Below, piece after piece: positions 26,165-38,579 of a DNA stretch of 64,000 nt. This DNA comes from Takakia lepidozioides (taxonomy: Eukaryota; Plantae; Bryophyta). Both the position numbers and the translations under genes were made by a program. The stretch's first letter is position 1. Each line of letters begins with the position of its first letter. Under the pieces are notes generated by a model. The model saw only the letters and a list, made by a program, of their open reading frames with translations, was not told the origin of the DNA and did no database searches. The stretch lies in contig CM060731.1 of NCBI GenBank assembly GCA_030704615.1, positions 55,986,001-56,050,000 of the forward strand. The letters run 5' to 3'.

Positions 26165-26900
26165 TTGAAAAAATCGACCTCTGACCTGGACGCGCACGTC
26201 CTATATTCTCACATTCCAGGAGTTTTTGAAATATTTATCTTATTTTTATTTTCCTTCCATTTCTTAAAGGTGCATCGTCCAACCGATGGACGCGCTACGC
26301 TCAGGCTATTTTCTCCACATTGCATGAGTTATTTAAATTTATTTTTAAAAAACGGACGTCAATTGTGCGGTCACATTATTTTTTAATAAAAAAATAAATG
26401 GTGATTTTCTTAAAAACAATCGACCTCTGACCAGGACGCGCACGTCCTATATTCTCGCATTGCAAGAGTTTTTGACATATTTATCTTATTTTCACTTCGT
26501 TTTTCATTTTTGAAAGGAGCGTCGTCCAACCGATGGACGCGCTATGCTCAGGCTATTTTCTCAGCATTGCATGGGTTTTTTTAAATTAAAAAAGAAATGG
26601 CCGTCAATTGTGCGGTCAACTTATTTTCTTTTTCTTTTTTAAAAAAAATCTTAAAAAAATCGACCTGTGACCAGAACGCGCACATCTTGTATTCTCACAT
26701 TGCAGGAATTTTTGAAATATTTATCTTATTTTCATTTTCCTTCTCTTTTTTGAAAGGGCGGCCGTCAATTGTGCGGTCACTTTATTATCTTTTTATATTT
26801 TAAAAAATAAAAAATAAATATTTTTAAACAAATCGACCTCCGACCAGGACGCGCGCGTCCTGTATTCTCACATTGCATGAGTTTTTGAAATTAAAAAAAG
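26165..26900. repeat. ~245-bp tandem repeats (3 full copies plus 1 partial)
   Basis: aatcgacct.tgacc.ggacgcgcac..cctatattctc at ~26172, 26418, 26658 and 26831. Confidence 0.8.
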
Positions 26901-27267
26901 AAGCGACCCTCAAGGATGGTGTTCTTATGTGATAGTTCTGCGCGCTACGTATCTTTGTGCACAGTATAAACCGCATGCTTTGCTTATCACTAATCCCTCC
27001 CGCTTACTCCTAACCATACTGATGTTTACACTACAAACCTCACTAATCTACGGCCAACTCACTAATCAGGCCGCTCGAACTCTGAACGCCTCCAATTGTT
27101 TTAGACAGGACTCGGCGAGGCATCGTAGTCGTTGCACTCTGGTGCGGCTTTCAAACTCACCTAGTTCAATTTCAGTCTAATCATATACTATGATGTAGAT
27201 GTGTTTTGAAGCGGCCTATATAATTCTAACAAGGAGCCATCCAATCTTCGCCTTATGGTTTGTTTAG

Positions 27268-27410
27268 GAGTTTCTCGCAGAGTTTGTGCAACAGCATGGC
27301 AATAAGTTCAAAAAAACAGTCACCCTTCAAGACCCTTGTGGCCGACTATGGCTGGTCTGTGCGCTCATTCATTTTGCGTGTCGTCCACCCAGCCTGGTTG
27401 TAGGTAGAAT
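27268..27410 (+). pseudogene. B3 DNA-binding-domain-like fragment
   Basis: After an AG acceptor-like site the frame reads EFLAEFVQQHGNKFKKTVTLQDPCGRLWLV, resembling the REM/B3 pattern FVxxHG...VxLxDPxGxxWxV. The match is short. Confidence 0.4.
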
Positions 27411-27693
27411 GCGTTGCGTGTCTGTCAATCATTAATGCACCCCATTAACAGTTGCATACTTAATTTAAGGTTCGTGTTAGACAGAGCCAGGTTAGGTCCT
27501 GAAGGCGCCGCCTACCTCCAAGGGTGCTGCTAATGTGGATTTATAAATTTTCTATGTTATAAGTGTTTGCATTTGTAATTTGTAACCAACAGTTAGTGCT
27601 AACTCATTGACGTATTTACAAAAACAATAGTCTAGAAATAAGTAAGGTGAATGTATAATTACTTCGGGATAAATAATTATGATTTTTTAAGAT

Positions 27694-27732
27694 GTATATA
27701 TACATATACATGTATATATATATATATATATA
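27694..27732. repeat. (TA)n microsatellite
   Basis: Directly visible. Confidence 0.8.
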
Positions 27733-28009
27733 TTAAAGAGATAGCCTGGTGTAAATATTAGTTATTAAGCAAACAACAAAATTTAATTTCAACCAACCAA
27801 CTTAATTATTTGTTCTCTTTTTGAAGGATTTTATGTATATATTTACGTTTAAAAGATAGGGATATTGATTTATTTAGTTTTTTTTACTAGTTCCCATTAA
27901 TTTATGTGAGTCAAGAATAGATAAGCAATTAGATCAGAAAAGATTAGCCCAACAAACAATCTTAGTATAACCGAAATAAAAGGAGAGAATCAAAACTGCT
28001 TAAGGGAGC

Positions 28010-28075
28010 AGTTCGGCGGCAATTTGAACCATCAACCTCGGAGGTGCGAAAGAAATCACTGACCGATAGACCATA
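28010..28075 (-). mobile_element. Degenerate tRNA-derived SINE-like head
   Basis: Minus strand has an A-box-like TGGTCTATCGG and a B-box-like GGTTCAAATT, but no complete cloverleaf. Confidence 0.35.
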
Positions 28076-28082
28076 ATATATT

Positions 28083-28777
28083 TGTTAGAATACTAGTAGT
28101 GATCTAACTACTTATACACACTAGGGCTTCGCATTGCTCCGCACTACTAGCGACGAATTCTGAGAACTGCGTTCAATTTTTCATAAAAAAAAGGGTTGGT
28201 CATCCCCACGGTGTTACATGTAGAGATCCCGTGTTTTGTTTTTTCTGGAATAAAAATGGCGGATTTGCATTTCAATGTTCAATTTTCACAAGCTGCATCA
28301 ATCAATAACAACATACCCAAATACCCTTACATTCACTATATGAACTTTCAAGCAGCCACCATGGGATTGGATCTTGGTGGGTTAAGGCTAGCTTTTGACA
28401 ATATTCATATAAGTTCATCAAGGGCTTCATCCAAAGCCACACCACGAGAAACAAACAAACATGTCCAAATTTAAGATGCTGAACAAACTTGTGCACAGTG
28501 CTGCCTCTCTCATCAAGCTCATTAAAATTCGTATTCACTCATCTTCAAGCTTTGGAGAAGCTCCACCACCCAAACCCAGAATTAGGACAGCACTCTGATT
28601 TCCATCCACTGTCACCAGAATCAGTCAAAAATCACCCCTTCAGTCAAGTGCAATTGTGGGCTGACTTCCTACCTATGCCGGGTAGACCCCACTATCATGA
28701 AATGGTGGATGGTCTGAGTAGCTACATAGATCAATGAATGAAGCAAGACACTAACATCTTTCCAAGAAAACATCATT
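28083..28777. repeat. Duplicated PPR 3'-flank block (paralogous to 31440-32290 and in part to 1-340)
   Basis: Shares gttagaatactagtagtgatctaactacttatacaca and ttgctccgcactactagcgacgaattctgagaact with the 31440 block. gctttggagaagctccaccaccca occurs in both blocks and at ~66. Confidence 0.85.
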
Positions 28778-29870
28778 TCACCAGTAATCACCACAAGAAC
28801 AAATCCCATCTTCAAAGTGGTGGAAAATAGTTAGCGTCCCATACAACAATTGCTCGGCCAACATTCTTTGAGATGAATTTGGTGGAGGTGTGGGAGTCTC
28901 CACACACTCGAAGATTCTTGATGAGTCGTGCTGATCAGCCCAAAACCAATGGCCAGCTTCTCACTGTGGTGGCAAAGAGAAAATTCATTTTCTCCACATC
29001 ATGCAATAAAAAGCGTGTGTCAGGCACATACCCCGCCTCCTTCATCTGCCCAAACAATCTTCTCAGCTCAGCATGGATTTCCTTAATTCTGGGATGCAAC
29101 TTGTCATCTGGTTCTTTTCTAACCCCTCTGACCTTCATCATTCTTCTCACCTTTGCAGTATCATCCCACCTGCCAGCTGCAACATAGATGTTTGATATAG
29201 CAACACATAAGTCGCGGCATCCTGTTCATCCCACTTGAAGATAGATATTGCATTCAGCCATCTCCACATTGCCATGGATTCTGCAGGCACCAAGCAAGGC
29301 CTTCCACACCACAACATCTGGATTGATTGGCATTTTATTAATGAGGTCCACTGCCTCATCCAGTTGTCCCGCACGTCCAAGAAGGTCCACCATGCAACCA
29401 AAGTGCTTTACTGTCAGATTGATACAATGATCTTGACTCAGGGAATCGAAGTAGCATCTTCCTTCATTCAGTAGGTCAGTGTGGCTGCATGTAGAGAGAA
29501 CACATATAAAGGTGATATTGTACGGCTTCAAGCCTTTCTTTTGCATTCCTTCAAATAGTTGCAGGACCTCCCTATGACAACCATGCTGGGCATATCCTGC
29601 AATCATCGCATTCCACGACACCATATTTCATTCAGCCATATTGTCAAATACTCCCTTTGCATCCTCATTGCACTCACATTTCGCATACAAGTGAACCAGG
29701 GCAGTGTCCAGAATGACATTTGGTACAAGATGTCACAATGCACCTCTTTGCCCTTTTCTAGGGCTGCCAGGCTTGCACACGCATTGCAAACGCACACAAA
29801 CGTGATGTGGTTGGGCTTCACCCCTTCCCCCATGCCTCCATCCCGCACCCCTGTTGTGCATATCCGAAAA
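28778..29870 (-). pseudogene. PPR-DYW pseudogene (close paralog of 341-3424, with deletions and frameshifts)
   Basis: Retains CSCGDYW-stop, HSEKLA-coding sequence, E1/E2 and P2-L2-S2. The PG box is deleted (KEP|DDKLHP), the frame is shifted, and the 5' end is truncated. Confidence 0.9.
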
Positions 29871-29999
29871 ATCCGAAAATAACTTCTTGAACAGTACTTC
29901 GTTGAGATTGACCCTTTTCCTCCCTGCTTCTGTTTGATGTTCAAAGGAGAGAGAGAGAGAGAGAGCAATGACTACATAGGTTGATAAGGCCTAGCATTT

Positions 30000-31424
30000 A
30001 GAACAGGTTTAGCTAGGTTTGGCTTGCCGAGGCGATCTATTATATACAGCCATGAAGTGTCAAGAAGGGTTAGAAAGAGCTCGACTGTGCGGAGGGCATT
30101 TCTTTAAACGGCGCATCTAGGAGAGCGTTCTCCAGAGGAAAAAAGGTGAGCATATTTATCCTTCACAATGGTGGGACAACCTACATAGCAAGGTGTGGGC
30201 TTTCTTCTTACATGATGTAAAGAAGGTTTTCTGTTCTACAAAAGTGGCTGTCCCTATCTGTATCATAGGTTGTTGTTCCTAAACAGGCCATGAAATTGCA
30301 TTGCGCAAGGGTTTTTCTTGGTGTTTACAAGGTACTTGGGAGGGTCTTCTTGGTTTTGGGAGGCCGTCTTGAAGCTATGGCTGCTCAGCAGCTCCGTGGT
30401 GGTTTTCACAGACCCACCCAAGATCATTGGACTACACACCTAAACAGCGCACACTAGAGGTTATTTGGATTCAGGGTTGGTTGAATCCTCCATCGTATCA
30501 CCTTTATATGTGTTCTCTCTGCATGCAGCCACTCTGGCCTACTGAATGAAGGGAATCAAGATCCTGGCAACAGACATGGCTTTGAACCCCACAGCCTCCA
30601 GGTCAGAATTATCCAGCAGGGTCAAGACTTGCACTCAGAATCAAATCCTTGAAAACCGCTTCTTCCGCCAGGACTTAACCTGTTTGACAGGGCAATCCTG
30701 CTTCCAACATAGAGTCGATTAACTTAGGGTATGTCCATGATGGGGTGGAGACTTTGGAGACCTAGGAGCAAATGATGGGGGAAGGGGTGAAGCCCAACCA
30801 CATCACGTTCGTTTGCGTTTGCAATGCGTGTGCAAGTCTGGCAGCCCTGGAAAAGGGAAACTTTGGAGACCTAAATGATGTGCAAAGGGGTGAAGCCCGA
30901 CCACATCACGTTTGTGTTGCAGTGCGTGTGCAAGCCTGGCAGCTCTGGAATAGGGCAAAGAGGTCCATGGTTGCATCGTCAAAGCTGGAATTGTACCAGA
31001 TGTCATCCTGAACACTACCCTGGTGGACATGTATGCCAAATGTAGGAGCGTTGAGGATGTGGAGGGAGTTTTCCACAGTATGGCTAAACGAGTTTCGGTG
31101 TCGTGGAACGCCATGCTTGCACGGTATGCACAACAGGGGCGCGTGATGGAGGCCTTGGAGACCTATGAGCAAATGATGTGCGAAGGGGTGAAGCCCAACC
31201 ACATCACGTTTGTGTGCGTTTGCAATGCGTGTGCAAGCCTGGCAGCCCTGGAAAAGGGCAAAGAGGTGCATGGTTGCATTGCCAAAGCTGGAATTGTACC
31301 AGATGTGATTCTGAACAATACCCTCGTAGACATGTATGCCAAATGTGGGGGCATTGAGGATGTGGAGGGAGTGTTCAACAATATGGCTGAACGAAATGTG
31401 GTGTCGTGGATAGAAAGAAATTGA
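30000..31424 (+). pseudogene. Inverted PPR pseudogene fragment, including a copy of the 5' flank of the intact gene
   Basis: 30140-30490 is a reverse-complement match to ~4600-4900 and 5400-5470. 30745-31424 encodes broken P-L-S motifs (ALETYEQM..GVKPNHITFVCVCNACASLAALEKG). Confidence 0.85.
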
Positions 31425-31555
31425 CGACGTACGAAACGTGTTAGAATACTAGTAGTGATCTAACTACTTATACACATATGCTCTAGGACCTATCCAATTA
31501 TTTTAAAATAATAATAATAATTAAAATATATATATAAATACTAACTCAAATGAAA

Positions 31556-31628
31556 GTGCAAGGACCGGACTTGAACCCAAGCCTTCTGGTGTGCAATCAA
31601 CTTTCCTAACCACTAGACCCAAGCTCCA
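31556..31628 (-). mobile_element. Degenerate tRNA-derived SINE-like head
   Basis: Minus strand has an A-box-like TGGGTCTAGTGG and a B-box GGTTCAAGTCC. Confidence 0.4.
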
Positions 31629-32289
31629 TTCTTGTAATTGTTATAGAGTATTAACTACTTTATACTAGGGCTTTGCGTTGCTCCGCACTACTAGCGACGA
31701 ATTCTGAGAACTACGTTCAAACTTTCACAAAAAAAGGGTGGGTCATTCCCACGGTGTTACATGCAGAGATCTCGTGTTTTGTTCCGTTCTGGAAGAAAAA
31801 TGGCGGATCTGCATTTCAATGTTCAATTTTCACAAGCTGACCAATAACAACATACCCAAATCCCCTTACATTCACTATATGAACTTTCAAGCATCCACCA
31901 TGGGATTGGATCTTGGTGGGTTAAGGCTTAGCTTTTGACAATATTCATTCAAGTTCGTCAAGGGCTCCATCCAAAGCCACACCACGAAAAACAAACAAAC
32001 ATGTCTAAATTTAAGATGTTGAACAAACGTGTGCACAGGGCTGCCCCCTCTCATCAAGCTCATTAAAATTTCGTATTCACTTCCATCTTCTAGCTTTGGA
32101 GAAGCTCCACCACCCAAACCCAGAATTAGGACAACACTCTGATTTCCATCCACTGTCGCCAAAATCAGTCAAAAATCACCCCTTCAGTCAAGTGCAATTG
32201 TGGGTTGACTTCCCACCTATGCCGGGTAGACCCCACTATCAGGAAATGGTGGATGGTCTGAGTAGCTACACAAATCAATGAATGAAGCG

Positions 32290-33915
32290 AGGTGCTTTAC
32301 TGGCAGGGTGACACCATGATCTTGAATCAGGGAATCGAAGTAGCGTCTTCCTTCATTCGGAAGGCCAGTGTGGCTGCATGCAGAGAGAACACATACTGCT
32401 TCAAGCCATTCTTTTGCATTCCTTCAAATAGTTGCAGGACCTCCCTATGACAACCATGTTGTGCATATCCTGCGATCATTGCATTCCATGACACCACATC
32501 TCATTCAGCCATATTGTCGAACACTGATGTCGTCATGCACCTCTACGCCTTTTTCCAGGGCTGCCAGGCTTGCACACGCACTGCAAACGCACACAAACGT
32601 GATGTGGTCGGGCTTCACCCCGTCGCACATCATTTGCTCATAGGTCTCCAAAGCCTCCATCCCACGTCCCTGCTGTGCATACCCTGCAAGCACCGCACTC
32701 CACGACACCACACCTCGTTCAGCCATAGTGTCGAACACTCCCTTTGCATCTTAGATGCACCCACATTTTGCAAACATGTCCACTAGGGTATTGTTCAGAA
32801 TGACAGCTGGTACAATTCCAGCTCTGAAGATGTCGCCGTGGACCTCTTTCCCCTTTTCCAAAGTTGCCAGGGCAGTGTTTAGAATGATATTTGGTACAAT
32901 TCCAGCTTTGACGATATCCCCATGCACCTCTTTGCCCATCTCTAGGGCTGCCAGGCTTGCACGACGCCACATCTTGTTCAGCCGTAGTGTTGAACACCCC
33001 CATTGCGTCCTAGATGCACCCACATTTTGCAAACATGTCCACCAGGGAATTGTTCAGACTGAAATCTGGTACAATTCTAGCTCTGAAGATGCCGCCATGG
33101 ACCTCTTTCCCCTTTTCCAGAGCTACTAGGGCAATGTTCAGAATGACGTTTGGTACAATTCCAGCTTTGATGATATCCCCATGTACCTCTTTGCCCTTCT
33201 CCAGGGCTGCTAGGCTTGCACAAGCATTGCAAATGCACACAAACATGATGTGCTTCCCCCATCATTTGCTCATAGGTCTCCAAAGCCTCCATCCGGCACC
33301 TTTGCTGTGCATATCTTGCACTCATCGCACTCCACGACACCAAATCTCGTTCAGCCATACTGTCAAACACTCCCTCCGTATCCTCGATGCACCCATATTT
33401 TGCATACATCTCCACGAGGGTATTGTTCAGAATCACATCTGGTACAATTCCTGCTTTTGTGATGCAACCATGCACCTCTTTGCCCTTTTCTAGGGCTGCG
33501 AGGCTTGCAAACGCACAAACGTGATGTGGTCGGGCTTTGAATACCACTTCCCCCATCATTTGTTCATAGGTCTCCAAAGCCTCCATCCCGTGCCCCTGCT
33601 GTGCATCGCATTCCACGACATCACATCTCGTTCAGCCACAGTGTTGAAAACTCCCTTCGCATCCTCGATCCACCCACATTTGACATATGTCCACCAGGGC
33701 AATGTTCAGGATGAATCTGGTGCAATTCCAGCTTTGACGATGTCACCATGGACCTCTTTCCCATTTTCCAGAGCTCCCAGACTTGCACAGGCATTGCAAC
33801 CACAAACAAATGTGATGTGGTCAGGCTTCACCCCTTCGCACATCTTTTGCTCATAGGTCTCCAAAGCCTCCATACCGCGCCCCTGGTGTGCATACCCTGC
33901 AAGCATCGTGTTCCA
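32290..33915 (-). pseudogene. Scrambled PPR pseudogene (PLS motifs with internal deletions and duplications; DYW deleted)
   Basis: Multiple broken P, L and S motifs in several frames. Joins directly to a 3'-flank copy at ~32290. Confidence 0.85.
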
Positions 33916-36234
33916 GAGCCTCCATCTCGCAGTTGTCGTTATGATTTCTTGTGTTTGGATCCCCTCCATACCTGCATGCTTGACTGTGCGCCATGCTAGT
34001 TTTGTGTGGGCGCTTGATTTTATAGGTGATTGGTCCGGATTTGATCACCGGCCAGTCCTAGAACATGCTGTCGATGGTGAGGCTGGGGTGATGACCAGCC
34101 AGACCATCATTGTTTCTCCTGTGGTATGCCTGCAAAAAGTGAGGCACGAAAGGAGACAGTTGTTGGGGAAGATCCAGCGTGAAGGCTCCTTCCGTTAGCA
34201 AGTTAAATGAAACAGGAAGGAAGAATTAGGTAGCTGGAATAGAAGCAATACTCTTTCATGAGCTTTTAGAATGGCCTTAGCTTTACATAAAAGAGTCATG
34301 CCAAAATGGGGATTATATGGTGTGAATGGTGTGAGGCTAATCTCAGGTAGTGGCAAGGCATTGTAGGGGATTATATAGGGGTTTGTGTATGTGTGGGTGT
34401 AGAGGCTGCACTGCTGAGGGAGTACGAGGCAGCTGATACCCTTGAGGACCAATCACGGACTGCACTTGTAGAGCGTTGGCAAGAAAACGAGGTACATGTG
34501 TTGTCCTCTAACCACTTGCTATCTTCCTTTTGACACATATTTGTTCTGCCAGGGCTTCTTTGATGACAGCCTCATGTGGCAATGCTCAATTTAACGTATC
34601 ATGGTAGACTTTGGAAGAGTTCTTAGCTCGACAATCTACCATGTGTAGCTAAGAGATTGCAAAAGATATGGAAGCATTGAAGTCTATGGTGTTTATGGTG
34701 TTACAGGAGGGAGGGGTTTTGTGCCCTTTATGTAGAACATGGTGCTTGCATCAGACCCACTTCTCCAGGAATTAACGAGTTTGGTGTGGGTGAGGTGAGC
34801 AGGGAGATGTTGTTGATCGAGAATACAGTAGGCTGGAAGTAATAAGCATGCAGACCAGCTAAGACTTTTGAGGTGGCCTACATTCAAAGCATGGGCCTGA
34901 AGATCTAGTGTTAGAGGATCAGTACTTACTCTAACACAAGATCTTCAAGTGCATGCATTGGATAAGGCTTCACAGGTAAAGACATCAGCAAAAAAATTTA
35001 CAAAGAGGTTTTTGGTGACATCCTGAAATCTGGAAATGTATCAGATGTCATTCACGACACTACCCTCATGTTTATATATGCTGAAAGGAGCTGTCCCATT
35101 TGACAGATTGATTACCTTCGGGATATTACATGTTCATATGTAAAGGGGGCAAGTGTTATGGTGTACCCAGCCCTCACTTTGGCCCACATGCAAGGCACTT
35201 GGTGCCTGGGCATGCCAGTGGGTTCAACTCCCACTTGGGTCTTGCACTGAACTTGTATTCACTTTGCAAAGAAGCCTTCCCCTTTTGGTTGCACTTGGAA
35301 ATTTTTATATGAACTTGCAAACAATACACACAACTTTGACCAACATTTTAGGACTTAGCATTTTTCTCTGCAACACTTAGTTGGACTTCAATCACAAATT
35401 TGGTGTGTTCCCCAAATGTGGCCACTGACTATATTTGGTTAGAGACATGAATTGGGGTTTAGCCAAAAGTATCTGTTTTTACTATTTACGATTTAGAAAA
35501 GTTTATAGCGGGATGGTATGCAAATTTGGCAGTCTTGCCATAGTTCATCATGGCTACTTTGCTTTTAGCAAGGGTGGCTATTGGATGGCAAAAACAGAAT
35601 AGCCAAAAATATTGTTCACAACTTCACCACCCCATCCAGGTCAGGTACAAAAGGAGACCCCATCAAATCTGCATATTTTGAAGTGAAAATTTTCATACAT
35701 ATGCTTGACTTGATTATGGACTAGAATCCATTCCCAATTACCCATGCTGTTTGGAAAATATTTTCGTGTTTTATTTTGCCATCCAACATTTGACAGAGCC
35801 AGTCAATGTTGATTTCACCATTGGCCAAGATCAAACTTTATAATCTCGGAGATCCAACGGTCGTTTCCTGTTTTTTTTTTCAGCATTGGATGCGGAAGAT
35901 AGGTGGGCATCCAACCCTACGGTGGACAAGACTGGTTCGTCCACAATCTAGAGCTATGGTCCCCAACCTGCTAAGGGGTCTGGTCTGCCAGGCCAATTTC
36001 CAGCCCACCCAGGGTTAATAGATTCACTGAGCTGTAGGCTAGTGGAGGTTGATTAGGCCCTTCACATGTTATGTTATCTGGTTCTATTTCTCTCACTTAC
36101 ATATATGCAGGAGAAACTAATCAGAGCAGGAAAGGTGATGCTCTAAACGCTCTATATATCAGAAATACTTGGACTAATACCAAGTTTCTTAGGCTCTTAT
36201 TTACGCTAACTTCGGCATCTCTCTCATCTACTTA

Positions 36235-37437
36235 TTAGAACTCCACCTCTTGGCGCTCATACCAAAACTTCCCTGAAGGCCCTCCAGGAATATTTCGCCC
36301 ACTTCATTAGTTTGTCGGCCACTTCTCCTGTCCAGGAGGCTGGAGAGCTACCCACACACCAGTATCAGCACCTAGATCAACGGGCTGGGGTGTGCTGGGT
36401 AGAGCCAGCCCCGCAGCCTTCGCGTTTATCACCATCTCTGTTAAAGTAAGCGGGGGAGTATAACTGTTGACAACGATGCTCTCGTCTTGCGATCGACCTG
36501 AGAGGGCGCGGTGCAGTATGCTGACGTATGCATTCACCGCAACCTTCGAAACAGAATACGTTGGTGTATATGTGGGCCAACCCTTTCCCTTCACCGACCC
36601 AGTACTCACATCTTGGAGATACTCACCAATGAACTTGTTGACGGTGGCTTCTTGGATGTGTTCACCATCGGCCAACTCTTCACGAAACTTGTTTTCCACG
36701 AACTGAGGCAGTCAAAGAAACAATGTTGCACGAAACTCAGCCGCTGTACTACTGCAAGACAGGGATGAGGAGACAAAACTACAGCATGCTCCAGGCAAAG
36801 TTGAATAGACGTGTCACGACTGATATACACACACAACTCTCAAATAGCTCCTGTATTGACAGACCTCAAGTAAAAGGTTTACTAGTTACTCTTCTCCAGA
36901 AGAATACCCATATGACGGAGAAAAGAGACAATGTGTCTGAGAGGAGACCTGCAATCGGCCAAGTCCCGAGGAAACCATCACAATGCGCGCACCAGCCTTA
37001 GTGTGTCGTAAAAGAGGGAGCAATGCTTCTGTTACACGCTTCACACCATCATAGTTGGTGCTTATAACCTCTTTTGCATCCGCTACACTCATAGGGTCGA
37101 CCTTCCCGATCGCAGCATTATTTACCTGCCCACGAGAAAATGCACCAGTTTGTCAATTTCCAACAAAAGACCCCCTAACTTCCTGAGTTAATGTCATGTG
37201 GCTCGCGTCTGTCTGTGTAAGAGTCGATCTTCATGTCTGCCTGGATCTTTCACAGTATGAGGGAGAATTAAACACTCTCTAAATTGGGGAATTCTCCCGA
37301 AACTAACCACGACGTTCATCGCGCGCAGTCAGAACCAGAGTGATCCCATGTTTTGCCAATTGGCGTGCAATCTCCAAGCCTATGCCCTTGTTGGCCCCCG
37401 TCACCACTGCCACTGTGTCCTTCGACCACCATCTCAT
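36235..37437 (-). pseudogene. Short-chain dehydrogenase/reductase (carbonyl reductase / neomenthol-dehydrogenase-like), intron-containing and probably disrupted
   Basis: Exon ~37437-37308: [25 protein letters not shown]. Exon 37125-36949: VNNAA..TNYDG..RIVMVSSGLGRL. Exon from 36702: YSVSK (YxxxK), GADTGVWVAL, then PSGKFWYERQEVEF-stop after an in-frame insertion with stops. The segment normally between TARD and VNNA is not found. Confidence 0.75.
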
Positions 37438-38579
37438 TCTGCATGCATACGAAGAAGCCAGATCATATATGTGGTCGATGTTCGATGTATTTGAAATGTA
37501 GCTCTGACCCAGTTACTTGATTCTTAAATGCAATTCAACATGGGGAAGCATTGTAGCGTGGGGAGGAGTATCGTACATGTTGAACAACAGAGCTGACATC
37601 TGATCATCCTCAATTTATATTCCTCCCAACAGAATTGATGGAGGGTGCAAAATCTTATTTCCAACAGAACTAGGTACCGCACTGTATCCCAACTATCATT
37701 GATCACAAAAGTGCGTCATGTAAGCTCAGTGCACAAAATAATCTACCGTCCGATGAATCAAATGATTGATGACAATGCGTAATCCCTATGAATCTGGGTG
37801 CCATTCTGTCAAATCAATAACAATCTATGACAAAATTCCTACTGTACTTGTACATACAATTAAAATGACCCCCACCTGCACTCCTGAGACTCATTTCACT
37901 CAAACATCACATGAGCACAACAGTCTCGACTGACTTCTCTGAACATCCCCAATCTAATCTCTAAATCGAATCCATGTAAAACCACAATCTCAACACACTA
38001 CAGACAGCCAAAACATGGAGTTAAATGCAATCGAAAGTCGCCTACTCAAGGCGACGCTGTGAAGCGGGATGAGAGTCGCAGACTGGGTAACTGAATCCAT
38101 AGCTTCCGCCCCCGTTATCAGTATTTCCAAGTTGCTAATTGCTTTGCTTGCCCCTTGTTTGGCTGCACTCTACACTCCCCTCTTCTCTCCATATGTACCA
38201 AGACCGTAGTGTCTCAGTGTCGAGAGGGTCCTAACTTCCTGTTAAGGCGAGCTTGCCGTGCACTCCAGTGTAAGAGAAGTTGCCAGGGTTGCTTCCGGAT
38301 TCCGGACCCATGGTCAAGTCCAATCGTCATGCTACTCTCAATAATAACAAGCTCTCTTGCTTTGGCAAAACATAAGAGGAAGGTGAGAGAGGGGCATGAC
38401 ACACCAATCGGTGCCTTGACACGGTGTAAGGTCCTTTGACCACATTTTCTCCATTGACTTCAACATGATGCAAAGTCTCTCTCTACAAGAGAGCCAATAA
38501 AGGGTCCCAAATTGGGCTATTCCTTCTCCAACCCTCCTTCTCCAATCCATAAACTAAGGCCTTGGGCTTAATCACGACG

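Noticed and set aside
31556-31628. tRNA gene (also 28010-28075)
   Set aside because: Only A/B-box-like motifs are present, with no convincing acceptor or anticodon stems. Treated as SINE-like.
34400-36020. Possible LTR remnant (purine tract then TGTTATGG at ~35153) and a lone CCCAGGG|TTAA end at ~36010
   Set aside because: No partner LTR or TIR, TSD or clear coding motif could be confirmed by eye.
38041-38100. Candidate first exon of the SDR gene (MDSVTQSATLIPLHSVAL)
   Set aside because: It would need a non-canonical GC donor to keep phase, and there is no homology support.
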